Source of the DNA: Antedon mediterranea
Taxonomy: Eukaryota; Animalia; Echinodermata
DNA: 64,000 nucleotides
NCBI RefSeq assembly: GCF_964355755.1
Contig: NC_092671.1
Location: 6,324,001 to 6,388,000 of the forward strand
Reading direction: 5' to 3'
Part shown: in pieces, positions 37,701-49,620 of the stretch
Numbering within the stretch: the first letter of the stretch is position 1
Layout: every line of letters begins with the position of its first letter
The notes under the pieces: generated by a model
The model's input: the letters and a program-made list of their open reading frames with translations, nothing else
What the model was told of the DNA's origin: nothing
The model's database searches: none
Made by a program: the position numbers and the translations under genes

Positions 37701-40700
37701 TATTGTATTTTTGACATTTCATAATTTTCAAGTCACGTTGGCCTGCAGATGACCGTCAATGTGCAGCTTGAAACAAACTCAATTGATTTAAACTAGGCTT
37801 ACATTAACTTTCTACTATGTTACCACAGGCAAATATTATGCTTAACACTTTTGGTGTACGCATAAACAAAAATTTAAATGAGTGAATGAGACGATTTATT
37901 AGTGATCAATTTATAGATTCATAATTTGTTTTTGTGTATGTATTTACAGTGACGTCACTGGTATTTTTAAAATCATTATTAGATTAGTGAGTTACTTGGT
38001 AGTGACCAGTCATTCAAGTCAGTTGCCTTGATTGCGTGTACGTAAGTAATAACTATACAACTTTTAAAGGCAATCCTTAAAGATGTATGTGAACATGAAA
38101 ATGAAGATTAATAGCCTAAAATCAGCCTTTAAATAGACCATTTTGCAGTTTAAAAATATTTCACTTATAAAAGCAAATGGTTAATTTTAACCAAAAAACC
38201 ATTGCATAACAGAAAATTTAAATATGTTTTACTTTAAATTTAGGTAAATCATTTTTGTTTCGATTTTTGGTAAAGTGAATTGGAAAAAAAAATGTTTTAG
38301 GGGGACAATATATATCTTTAAGGGGAAAATTACTTATTATCGATTTTATCATAATTATACTTTATAATTATATTTAACATTTTTTAAACGTTACCTACTT
38401 GAACAGTGGAAGAAAGTGAACTTATGGCGTACGACATTTGTTCTGTTTTAGACAAGAAGATCTTGTAATGTATTTACAGCTGAGGTACTCTATTACATTA
38501 GACTATGAACACCAGAAAAGGGTTATCAAAACAATGTATAATGCAGTAGAGTTAGACGGCTATCTTGGTCAACTCAACGTCTTCCACCTGTACGTACAGA
38601 ACACCCGAGGTAAGCCTACTGTGTAGTACTTCTAATATTTATTCCTTTAAATTTAAGTTTAGAAAACATTTGTTATTGTACTTTTTTAAATGTACGGTGT
38701 TTTTTTGTTTTTATTGTTTTTTTTAAATTATAGTGTTTAAATTTAAAGTGTTTAATTTAGTATAATAGATAATAGATGTTATATAGTTTATCATTTAAAT
38801 TGGAGGTTCTTTGGTATAAAACATCATCGTGATACGTTTAGCACGATAAGGAGAAATTGTTCATTTAGGATTCAATCTCCTTAATTTAATCTAATAATAA
38901 TGTTATTATGTACAAGATTTGGTTTAACTAGAATAGGCCTAATTACTTTTCTTCACCGTTCTCTCACGAGATCATGTGGGGTGATTAAGCTGATATTTGA
39001 TACGATCACGTTCACATAATAGCTGGTTTGATCAAGAAGTCGGTAAAAACATAATGAATGGTAAAGCAATTCAGCCATTACAAAATAATGATCACGCGTG
39101 CGCGCGCATACAAACGCATTGTGATACGTACCAGTTTTTCTGATCTAAGTTATCATTGAATATCTTTATATTACAGGATTTTATATACGTATTGATGACG
39201 TCTGTGACTTTGAAGGATGTCAGAGTGGAATTACGTGTGTCCCTACAGAAAATCAGTGTACTTGGAATTGTTCGTTAAACATCGGATACTGTCCTGAGAA
39301 TTCACAGTGTATTGATAAACAGACGAATGGCTTTATATGCAGGTATTTTGTTTCATTATGTCATTATGTGTTGCCGAGTAGCCGAGTGGTTAGGACACTT
39401 TACAGTCCACTCAAATGTCATGTAAATGGTTGAGGCTTAGTACAATGAGCCCCTACGTTCAGAATGAACATGGGACTCTTTACCTTTATGTCATCATAGA
39501 GGTAGACTACTATATGTTTGGTGTCCAATCCATGACACTACGATATCATCAACGACCATGGTGATAATGTAGATTGTTAAATATATAATAATACATTTAT
39601 TTTTGTTTTAGATGTGACCACGATACGAAACATAGTAGATGTGAGAATACGACTCAACCTATACCAACATCTGTCGGTACGTTAACATTTACAAATTGAA
39701 TGTATAAGTATCATTATCGTAAATGAAATATCTTGAGAAAAAGATCAGGTAAATTATGTACGAGTAGGCCTATTTACTAAACAAGCTATGCGCTAAGTCA
39801 ACCCATTAAAAAAATGGCCTACATTGTTTTATGTGAATGCTGTTTGCAATTGTATTTAAATTATTCTCTCAGAATCTCCATGGACAAAAATAATATTCAG
39901 TGTTACAGGGAGTGTATTACTGTGTGTTTTAGTCGTGTGTATTACGGTAAGAGTGCTACAAATCTACTACAAAAAACAGACAGGGATGTGTAGTGGGTGA
40001 GTAAAATTAACATTTGAAATGCTAGTAACCCTCTAACCTTGACATCTGTAGGCTACTAGAGGCCAGAGTAATATCAATACTTTCGAAACAAGTAGGCGTA
40101 CAACAAGAACAATTAAAATGCATTAAAACATTAGCATTGGCGTTCCCTGTTATAAAAAAAAAAAAAAAAATTTAATTTCTATAGAGGGCAGCATATATCC
40201 GGTTTAATTTTCCTTGCATCTTGATTGGTAATTTTGTTCCATTGTGACGGAAAAAGTCCTAAATGTTGTGTAAAAAATAATTACAAATCGCTTTGAATTT
40301 CTTAATTTAAAAAAAAACATGAATATTGTGCTGAATATAGTGATATATTCAACACAACTCTAAAATGTATATAGGAATGTTTTTTTTTATTTTGTATCTA
40401 TTATGTTGTGTTTATTGTTTTATGTTTTTTATGTAAAAGGGTCCTGCGAAAACAGAAGTGTAAACTTCTCTATGCAGGATCCTTGCCATCATTTATGCTA
40501 TGAAACTGTATTTATAAACGATGAGTAAATAAATGTGAATTGAATTGAATTGAATATATTTTAACGTAAAATAAAGATCATTTGATCTACATTTTTGTGC
40601 TCATTTTTCAACTTTCAGAAATCACGAACGAGTCATTGACTTCCAAAACAATTGTATAGCAACGACTGCTGCTAGTGAGACGGTAGGCGTTGATATATCC

Positions 40701-40844
40701 TGCAATCACGGAGAGTTTCAGTACCTTCTTCCAATGGAGTCAGACGTTGCAACGTTGCTTCCTACCAGCAGAAACTCTTTAACATGCGAAAATGGAGAAA
40801 TCAATAACGCTTTTCTACTTGTGGACAATCATGAACATTTTTGA
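34771..40844 (+). CDS. Gene E: SEA-like - EGF-like - TM protein (~389 aa), diverged paralogue of gene D
   Basis: Exons 34771-34903, 36786-36932, 37578-37669, 37983-38041, 38452-38609, 39177-39342, 39612-39676, 39873-39996 and 40619-40844; phases are consistent (1170 nt). Cys module VCDFEGCQSGITC...QCTWNCSLNIGYCPENSQC...ICRC...RCE; TM IIFSVTGSVLLCVLVVCITV. The start codon is less certain than the internal exons. Confidence 0.85.
36420..36578. mobile_element. MITE family AGCTCTGTCTACAC copy
   Basis: AGCTTTGTCTACACTATCAAAG ... AGTGTAGACAGAGCT. Confidence 0.8.
37231..37409. mobile_element. MITE family AGCTCTGTCTACAC copy with inverted flanks
   Basis: AGCTCTGTCTACACTG ... TAGTGTAGACAGAGCT. Confidence 0.8.
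38081..38317 (-). mobile_element. Kolobok-like MITE, AGATGTATTGTCCCC family, diverged
   Basis: TTAA|AGATGTATG ... GGGGACAATATATATCT|TTAA. Confidence 0.65.
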
Positions 40845-41904
40845 CGTTGTGGTCACATGACGTGAATATTCCACTATTGAATATCCTCCTTGGGGGTAGC
40901 TTTGCGACGAACGATGACCTGAGAATTATGTTATATTAATTCATATTGCGCATGCGTGGAAGTTTGAACGTTGTTCCCCACTCTATTCCTGAACACATTG
41001 TTTTGTTTCTAGGTCGATTTTTAAGTTAGCAATATTTAAGATTGGTTATCTAATTTAAGGTTTGAAAAGAAATTTAGTTACATTAGTAACTTTCATGCTT
41101 TAGAGAATTGATGACTTTCGTCAAATTTAATACTAAATAATAAGTCATAGATTTTATGTATATGTATAAACGATTAAATAGTGAATTAAAAGAGATGTGA
41201 CAATTGAGGGATATATACTTTTTCCTCAGCTTGATATAATTTAGTTTATAGACTGACGGAATAAAAGAAAAGTAGGGTGTTTTATAAATTATATTTATTT
41301 TATTATGAACGTGTACTATATAGTAATAAAGAATCATTACAAATCGAATGCAATTACCTTTTTATTTTTGTATGTTTATAAGTTCCATCGAATTATAGAT
41401 AGGCGTTTCCAAATGTGTTTGGGTTGGGTTCATAACTTTTGAAAAAAGCAATACAATTGTGTTTAGCATTTCATTTTGCAGTTTTAAACGAATATGAATT
41501 TATAACAACATAATCGAACATTACACTAATGAAATAGACGTAATATAAATTTATATAATAATATAATAGGAGTAAGGATGTGTGTAAGTTGTAATTCTAT
41601 ATCGTATAGTGGTACCTTTTTGTTTTACTACTGTACATGGTATTGGCCGTTGGCCTCGTGTTAAGCTCATATCATTATATATTTATTTATTTTATCAACA
41701 TCTACTACAATCTATACTGATGTTAAGTTACAGCCATTGTACATATAATACGAAGTGAGTAAAAGAAGCCACACTTTCAATTCGCTAAATGAATAGACGA
41801 TAATTAAATGGTGACGTATTTAGCATCTTCTCTAATAATATACGGCTTCGTCGTTATCACAGTATAAAATAGAGAAACTGATTACTTTTTATTTCATTAT
41901 CAGC

Positions 41905-44900
41905 ATGGCAGTCGCAGACTTGGAATCGATATCGTAAGTTACAGTAGATTATTTTTACATATCATAAAACATAATATTTTTAATTCTATAACATTTTGAA
42001 AGTAGGCCTCCCTACTAATAATTGACGTAAATGAATTCCATCAGTAACCTATAGATAATTTTGTGTTGATCAATATTTTACTTAAAAAGCTGATTTACTT
42101 TTTAATATTATGTAACTTATTATACTTTTTAAACTAGTAATATTATATAATAATAAGGTTTTGGCATTTCAGGCATACCATCCCATCCCGAACCACAAGT
42201 TTTGAGTCAATACCTGAGGTAATTATTTAGTTGTAACATTGTAACGATTTTTATTTTAAACCTTTTCTAAGATAATGAACAAATTAAGAAACAATATAAA
42301 TAATTAGGTGATGATATATTATTATTTTTCGAAAGTATTTAGTGTATTTAATATTGATTCTCTCTCATTTTATGTTGTTTAAATGCATGACGAAATCAAA
42401 TTTTGATATAAAGTTTGCGGTACACCACGTAGTTCTAAAAAACTGTTGAGTTTCTCTCTCTTTCTCATTTCATGTTTCTCTCTCCCCCTCCTTTTATGTT
42501 TCTCTCTCTTTCTAATTTTATGTTTAAAACAAATCTTGATTAGATTATTTAAACAATTTTAAATAATGTATTAATTGTAGGTTGTTGGTACGATTGAGGG
42601 AAGATGTGACGGAGCAGCGCCTCTAACACCGAGTGGTAAAAAGAAACACATGGTTAAAATGCTTACTCTTATTCTGCTACCAATCATTGTACTGACAACG
42701 TTAGCTATCGCAGATTTCATTACAACTGTTCGACACAGTATGGACGCTACAGAAACATACAGAAACGTTCGTTTAAGTCAACAGGTAAATACAATTCTTT
42801 TATTATTTAAAATGCATTTAACTATTTTTGAAATATCTAAAACTATATTGTGCACTAAAAAATAAATAAATAGCCTAAAGAACAGTTTTAATATTAAAGG
42901 TAAGTGAAATTTAGATTTTGTATTACAGTATGTGCTGACGGAAAAAAGAGAATGTTTTATAATAATGGTAAAACACTACACTAATGATGTATGAATAATA
43001 CCGTAATGAATGTTGAACAAGGCCATATGCATGGCTGCAGTCGCGTGCTCAAGTTAGTGCTTACCAACCGACCGACCAACCGACCGACCGACATAGTGAG
43101 CTGTAGAGTCGCTAAAAATCCACTAAAAAGAAAAATTAACGCCCAATAAAGAAATCATTTAATTCAGTCATGTATACGTTAATTAATTAAAATGTTATGG
43201 AAAAAATAATATGTTTATATGTTTTATGGAAAAACATTAGGTCTATTTTTATAAGAAGCATGTCACAAAATGTAATGTGGTACTGACTTTCTTGATGTAA
43301 GAGTTAAGCCTATACTGATAATCTACCAGTTTGTTATATGAAGTCATCTAAAGCTCTGTCTACACTATCAAACTAGTTTGACAAAAAGTGCCCAAATGTG
43401 GTATTGATATGCCCACATATGGTAGTGATATCACATCATCATGTCCATATATGGGCACATCACATTTTATTGGTCACATAAAGTTTGATAGTGTAGACAG
43501 AGCTTAACGCTACTGTTTCTTGTGTAGATTGGTTCCCTTGTGCATAGTTTGCAACGAGAGCGTGACATGACTGCCCTCTACATCAGTTCACTATTGGGTG
43601 AAAACGGACCGGAACGAAAGACTTTTCTGATCAACACCTATCCAACAACAGACGAAGTTCTGCAGAGTATTGATGACTGGCCAGTGGAAGGAACAACGGC
43701 ACACCAGAAGTTTCATAATAAAGATGCTTTCATAAATTACCTTTTTAAATATCGCCTCACCCTGGAAAACCACAACATTACAATTTACGACGTAATCCAC
43801 TTCTACACAGACACGATTCAGATTTTCATTAATTGGCTTTCTCAAAGTGTTCGAAGATCTGGAGGACAAGGTATTTGGGAAACGCTGGTTGCCTTTCAGT
43901 TTGTGATTGTTGGTATGGAGCAAATCGGCATTGAAAGAACATTAGGTGCCGTCTTCTTTACAAAAGGTGGCTTTGACCAAAGAGACTATCTTTGGTATAT
44001 GAAAAAACGACAAGTCGGAGAAAGTTGTATAGGAACGTCTAAAATATACTCGCCCCTTGTAACTTCTATCTTAGATGAAAAACTGTCTTGGGTCGTCTAT
44101 GATTTTCAGACAGCAATATCGAAGATGAGAAAAGAAGTTGCACAAAATAACATCAACAGACTTCCATCTTGGCAGGAGGGGACTTGGTGGTTTGAAAACA
44201 TGACTATGTACATCGACACGTTGAATGAGATCCAAAGCGCAATGGCGGTGATTATTCTTTCAAGACTTGATGCGGCAGTGGAAACCGATCGAGCAGATCT
44301 TGCAATGAGCATCGGAATTTTGGTCGTTGTAATTAGTATTGGTATCGTTATAGTGAAATCAGTCGAAATTCTAACAGCCTCATGTCAAGGTTATACGCTT
44401 AAACTTGCCGAACAAACGCATTCTCTAAACCAGGAACGCAAACGTACAGATACGCTGCTGAACCAATTGCTGCCTAAATCTGTTGTGAAAAGTCTGAAAT
44501 GTAATCAAAATGCCATGCCTGAAGCTTTTAGTATGGCGACCATTTTGTTTTCAGACATCGTGGAATTCACTCGGATTTGTTCCGGAAGCACTCCCATTCA
44601 AGTCGTGGACATGTTGAATACTGTCTACACAGTATTTGATAGATTTATTGGAAAGTATGATGTTTACAAAGTTGAGACCATCGGTGATGCCTACATGATT
44701 GTATCGGGTAAATATCTTATCCGTAGTAAATTATTAGCATCCATCTTTGCACCTCTAATTGGATGTCACCTCTTTTCTCATATATTACTTTTTTGCATTA
44801 TATTTTCAGGAGTACCAAAGCGAAATGGAAATAAACATGGACGTGAGATTGCACTGATTGCGTTAGATCTGCTACAAAGTGTAAAAAGCGTTGTGATACC

Positions 44901-46735
44901 ACATAAACGCGGTGTCGCTATGACTGTTCGAATCGGTATACATTCAGGTATAGATGTTTGAATTATTATACACAAGAATGGGGAGAATATTTTCAGGAGT
45001 TGAAAAAATGGCTGTCCTATTTTAACTTGGCTTGTAAGACAGTCTGAATGAAATGTGCTTCCTATTTAATAGAATCACTGAATATAATTGTTTTATAACT
45101 CTGTAATTCTCAGTGTAATACTTTTTTGTAATGTTTGTTTTTATGGTAATACAATGCAAAAAGATAAAATTAAACTTAATCGAATAGGAAATAGAGCAAT
45201 TAGACTAGTAGGAGAGCACTTACCTGATGTTGAATCCTTGTATAAAGAAAATGTGTTAAAAAAAGTAAAAAGTATCATTGATGATGAAACACATCCTCTT
45301 CACAAACAATTTGCTCTCATTAATTCTGGCATAAGACTACGTGCACTTAATACCAAAACAAAACGGTTTAGGTGCTCGTTTGTACCAGGGAAGAGTTAGT
45401 AATTTAACTCTTCCCTGGTTTGTACCTAATGCTATACACTTATATAACTCCAGAGTACAAAGGTAAAATGTAACCGATAATTTTTATCTAATTTTAACAA
45501 TTTTTAGCCTCTTAACTTTTTGTGTGTTTTTTTGTAAATTGTATTTTATATTTTTGTATTTTGCCAGTTTTTAAATCACATTTCTGTTTTTTAAATGGAC
45601 AATAAAGTATATATGACTATGACTATATGATGACTATGACTATAATCTTTACCGTCCAATATAACTAATACTGAACGGCACGTGATCCAAAATTAACCAA
45701 TCAAGTATACACTCAGTTGTGTTAGAATAATATTTATAGATAATATAGATAATATAAAAATAATGTTGATTTCATGTGTGTACGGTACAATATTTAATAT
45801 CAAGAATGACAATACTATACTCTGCTGTATTTTTTAAGGTCCGGTCGTTGCTGGTATTGTTGGTTCTAAGATGCCCAGATATTGTTTGTTTGGTGATACT
45901 GTAAACATGGCTTCCCGGATGGAATCCAATGGACTTCGTAAGTACAATAACTTCATTAAGCCTATGTAAAAAACGCTTAATTAACACACAATGATCAAGT
46001 ACTGTTAGTATTGAGATTTGTTAATTAAAAGATAGGAATACTACGCAACTACAAAATACAATAAACAGTGATTGGCTTGGATTTAATTAACATCGAGGTA
46101 AGCTGTAATGGTTTCTTTGAAATAGAAGATAAACTGATATTTATGATATAATATTGAATAAAATCATCTAGTTGCAAATGGTATTTTGTTTTTACTGTTA
46201 TATGCTAAATCAATAAAAACTTTATTCGATTATCTGGTTGGTAAGGACGTAATGGTTAGAATATTGATGAATTATTAATCAACTGAATAATGATTGTACT
46301 TTATTTGTAGCAAATCGTATTCAAGTCAGCGAAGCGACGCACAAAATACTTTCAAATGTCGGTGGGTTTTCAATGACAAAGAGAGGAGGTATTTTGATAA
46401 AGGTAAAAGTAAACATCATTTAGGCTACCATAATAATTAACTGAAACCTTTTCCGAGGTAGTCCAGATTTACGTTGAATTTACTTTATAAGTTGGAAACT
46501 TTTATTTCGTTCTGTTGAAAGTTTTTTGTTGGATTTTAATTTCTTTCATTAACAACGAAAACATTTTATTACAAAGAGTAACTTGATTTGTATTGTTAAT
46601 CTATTTTAGGGATGTGGTCTTGTTAAGACTTATTGGCTGCATGGGAAGCAACAAGATGAAGAGAGTCAAGGTGGAAAGTCTTCACAAGGCGAGTTAAATC
46701 TACCAGGACAGTGTGTAGATGATAACAATGTCTAG
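41905..46735 (+). CDS. Gene F: NIT-domain membrane guanylyl cyclase (NIT-GC; TM-NIT-TM-coiled coil-cyclase, ~637 aa)
   Basis: Exons 41905-41933, 42173-42218, 42581-42784, 43528-44707, 44810-44947, 45839-45937, 46311-46402 and 46610-46735 (1914 nt). NIT-like [26 protein letters not shown]; cyclase motifs [57 protein letters not shown]. The Glu and Cys specificity residues indicate GTP. Confidence 0.92.
43016..43120 (+). mobile_element. HINE-like (CCGA)n element, third copy
   Basis: ACAAGGCCATATGCATGGCTGCAGTCGCGTGCTCAAGTTAGTG...CCGACATAGTGAGCTGTAGAGTCGC. Confidence 0.6.
43351..43504. mobile_element. MITE family AGCTCTGTCTACAC copy
   Basis: AGCTCTGTCTACACTATCAAACT ... AGTTTGATAGTGTAGACAGAGCT, perfect 23-bp TIR. 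Confidence 0.85.
45060..45643 (+). mobile_element. LINE 3' fragment (Rex1/CR1-like) with (GACTAT)n tail, in a gene F intron
   Basis: [13 protein letters not shown]...DETHPLH...SGIRLR...[10 protein letters not shown], followed by AATAAA and GACTAT repeats. Confidence 0.75.
45386..45417. mobile_element. 32-bp palindromic transposon remnant with 8-bp target duplication
   Basis: GTTTGTAC|CAGGGAAGAGTTAGTAATTTAACTCTTCCCTG|GTTTGTAC; same termini as 2224-2273. Confidence 0.85.
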
Positions 46736-47074
46736 GCAAGTTTCTAAACCACTTTCCAGAAATTAAGCATCATCATCAACGTGTCTGCAATTTATTTTGT
46801 CCACTGGAAATAGACTTTTAAATCAAACTAACTGCAAGAAATATGTTTTATAAAGTTTTTCCTCTGTGTTATTGTTTAATTTACCTACATTAAAACACAC
46901 CTGGTTTTGTAGACTATTTTAGTCTTCAAAGGTAAGCGTTGTGATTCACTGGAACTGCCACTGATCATCAGATGCCTGTGTCATCATTTACCAAAGACAG
47001 TGGTTCCCAAATATTGCCAGAAAACATTAAATAAATAGAATATATATGTTGATGAAGTATGCCTATTATATATA

Positions 47075-47328
47075 TAATACCACATTTATATAGCGCCCTT
47101 TTCATGAGTAATCATGCTCAAAGGCGCTTTACAAGCATTATTACCCCAGTATTTTTTGGGATCAAATACGTATGGAAACATACTCCCATAATGCAGCCGG
47201 TAACCAGCGCAAAGTTGTGTCTAGATCTAACTGGGTACCCATTTATACACCTGGGTGGAGAGAGGCAACGTAAGTAAAGTATCTTGCCTACGGATACAAG
47301 CAATGCGGCGAGAGTTGGATTCGAACCT
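47075..47328 (-). mobile_element. tRNA-derived SINE with L2-like tail
   Basis: On the minus strand: B-box GGTTCGAATCC, ATAAATGGGTACC core and AAAGCGCC...GGCGCTATATAAAT tail; related copy at 51045-51230. Confidence 0.7.
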
Positions 47329-47989
47329 ATTAATAGTATGAAGTTAATGCATACCTTAAGGCAACTATGTACTGACTATCCAGCATTCCAAACCCATAAT
47401 ACCAGTGTGTGGTAGGTACTTACATGATTGGTATAATAATTCTTTCGAGTGTATATCGTGGTGTCTTAATGTCAGTGATCTTTAGTGTTTCTTTGATTAT
47501 TAATTTTTAATTCGATAAGTTATTTTAATAAACAATAGGCAAAGTGTCTGTCGATACAGTATTATTTATATTTAGATTGAAAGGCATGACTGATGAAATA
47601 TGAAATATTGTACTATAGGTTTTTGAAGATGATAATTGATGCCATTGTAAATTATTTGGTATTTTTTGTAATTTGATGTGCATTTTATAGACCACACGTT
47701 ACGTAAAACAACAAATAAACACCTTTTAATTGTTTCCACTATAAAATAATGATAACCCAATACATGTTAACACTATTTGGTAATAATTAAATGTTAAATA
47801 AAAGTTTATATTTTTCCCAATTTCAGAAAATTCCTGTACTAAAATAGTAGGCCTACAGATTTTTTTTATCGACAATTGATGACTCTTTTATTTTTTTGAT
47901 ATAACTTGTTACTATATCAGAATTTGACTTGCGCAGACGAACATAATGTACACTGCGCATATTACCTCAATATATTAAAAAATATAGAT

Positions 47990-49620
47990 ATATTGGCCAT
48001 TTTTGAAAAAAATCCCTGTACAGGAAAATTTTCGAAAAATGACAAAATTTAGACCTTTTTATTTGTTCACAAAACTGGTTGCTATGACTCTATAAGATAA
48101 TGATAACGCAACATATGCGCATATATGGCAATATTAATGCATAATAATTAAATTTTAAAAAGTCGATACATTGGCCATTTTTAAAAAAAATCCCTGTACT
48201 ATAGTGCAGGGAAATTTGCAAAAAATGGCCGATTTCCGACCCTTTTATTTTTTGACATAAATGGTTACTATTGCATAATAAACATGCGCAGAGACGAATA
48301 ATGGGTTCTGCGCATGTCAATTGTGCTATAGTAACCACTTTTGACATAAATGGTTACTATTGCATAATAAACATGCGCAGAGGCGAATAATGGGTTCTGC
48401 GCATGTCAATTGTGCTATAGTAACCAGTTTTATCGAAAAATAAAAAGTTCGAAAATTTGCCATTTTTTGGAAAAAATCCCTGTACAGGGAAATTTGCGGA
48501 AAATGGCCGATTTTCAACCCTTTTATTTTTTGACATAAATGGTTACTATTGCATAATAAACATGCGCAGAGACGAATAATGGGTTCTGCGCATGTCAATT
48601 GTGCTATGGTAACCAGGGGCGGATTGCTATAAGCGGTCTATAAGGTCTTAGCGCTTAGCCGGCTATAATTCGTGACGTAGCAAGTAGTCTTATATTATAG
48701 ACCATTGCTATACCGCGGTCTAACCTGTAAACGGTCTTTAAAATTAAAGCCTACTCGAAGGAGTCTTAAAACAGTCTTAAACCTCTCTTTTTGTTGCTTT
48801 TACGTATTATTTATCGTCAAAGATAACCAATTGAACGAGTTTTAAGTGTTAAATCAAATAATAACGGTGATTTTATTCTTATAGGCCTAGAATAGATTTT
48901 CTCGTGTATAAATGTACGTACTGTTATGATTTGTGAATTGAACAAGCGTGACGAACATTACCTTATTTGGTATTCTACGCGCAAAGTACGCCCTCAATTT
49001 GTTACTTTACGTGGTCTTATTTAAGACTGTTTTATAGCAATGGTCTATCAAGACCGTCTATCTGATAAAGCCGGCTTTAATCGGGGAGTTAAGACCATCA
49101 GTTAAGACTGTTTTATAGCAATCCACCCCAGTTTTGACATAAATGGTTACTATTGCATAATAAACATGCGCAAAGACGAATAATGGGTTCTGCGCATGTC
49201 AATTGTGCTATGGTAACCAGTTTTGACATAAATGGTTACTATAGTATAATAAACATGCGCAGAGTCGACTAATATAATGGGTTCTGCGCATGTCAATTGT
49301 GACCAGTTTTATCGAAAAATAAAAAGGTCGAAAATTTGCCAATTTTTGAAAAATCCCTGTACTTGAAAAATCCCTGTACTATAGTACATGGAAATTTGCG
49401 GAAAATGGCCGATTTTCGACCCTTTTATTTTTTGACATAAATGGTTACTATTGCGTAATAAACATGCGCAGAGGTTAATAATGGGTTCTGCGCATGTCAA
49501 TTGTGCTATAGTAACCACTTTTGACATAAATGGTTACTATTGCATAATAAACATGCGCAGAGACGAATAATGGGTTCTGCGCATGTCAATTGTGCTATGG
49601 TAACCACTTTTGACATAAAT
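47990..49620. repeat. Composite satellite: 89-bp self-complementary unit alternating with a ~100-bp spacer
   Basis: Unit TTTTGACATAAATGGTTACTATTGCATAATAAACATGCGCAGAGACGAATAATGGGTTCTGCGCATGTCAATTGTGCTATAGTAACCA, about 7 copies; related pieces at 50440-50760. Confidence 0.85.
48617..49128. mobile_element. PIF/Harbinger-type MITE (512 bp) with CAG target duplication
   Basis: CAG|GGGCGGATTGCTATAA ... TTATAGCAATCCACCC|CAG; removing it restores the satellite unit junction AACCAGTTTTGAC. Confidence 0.8.

Noticed and set aside
43591-44312. Antisense ORFs over gene F (also over genes A, B and G)
   Set aside because: Shadows of real coding exons, with no independent features.
48090-49527. Repeated Cys-rich ORFs (CAEPIIRLCACLLC)
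   Set aside because: Translations of the satellite unit, with no splice or gene structure.
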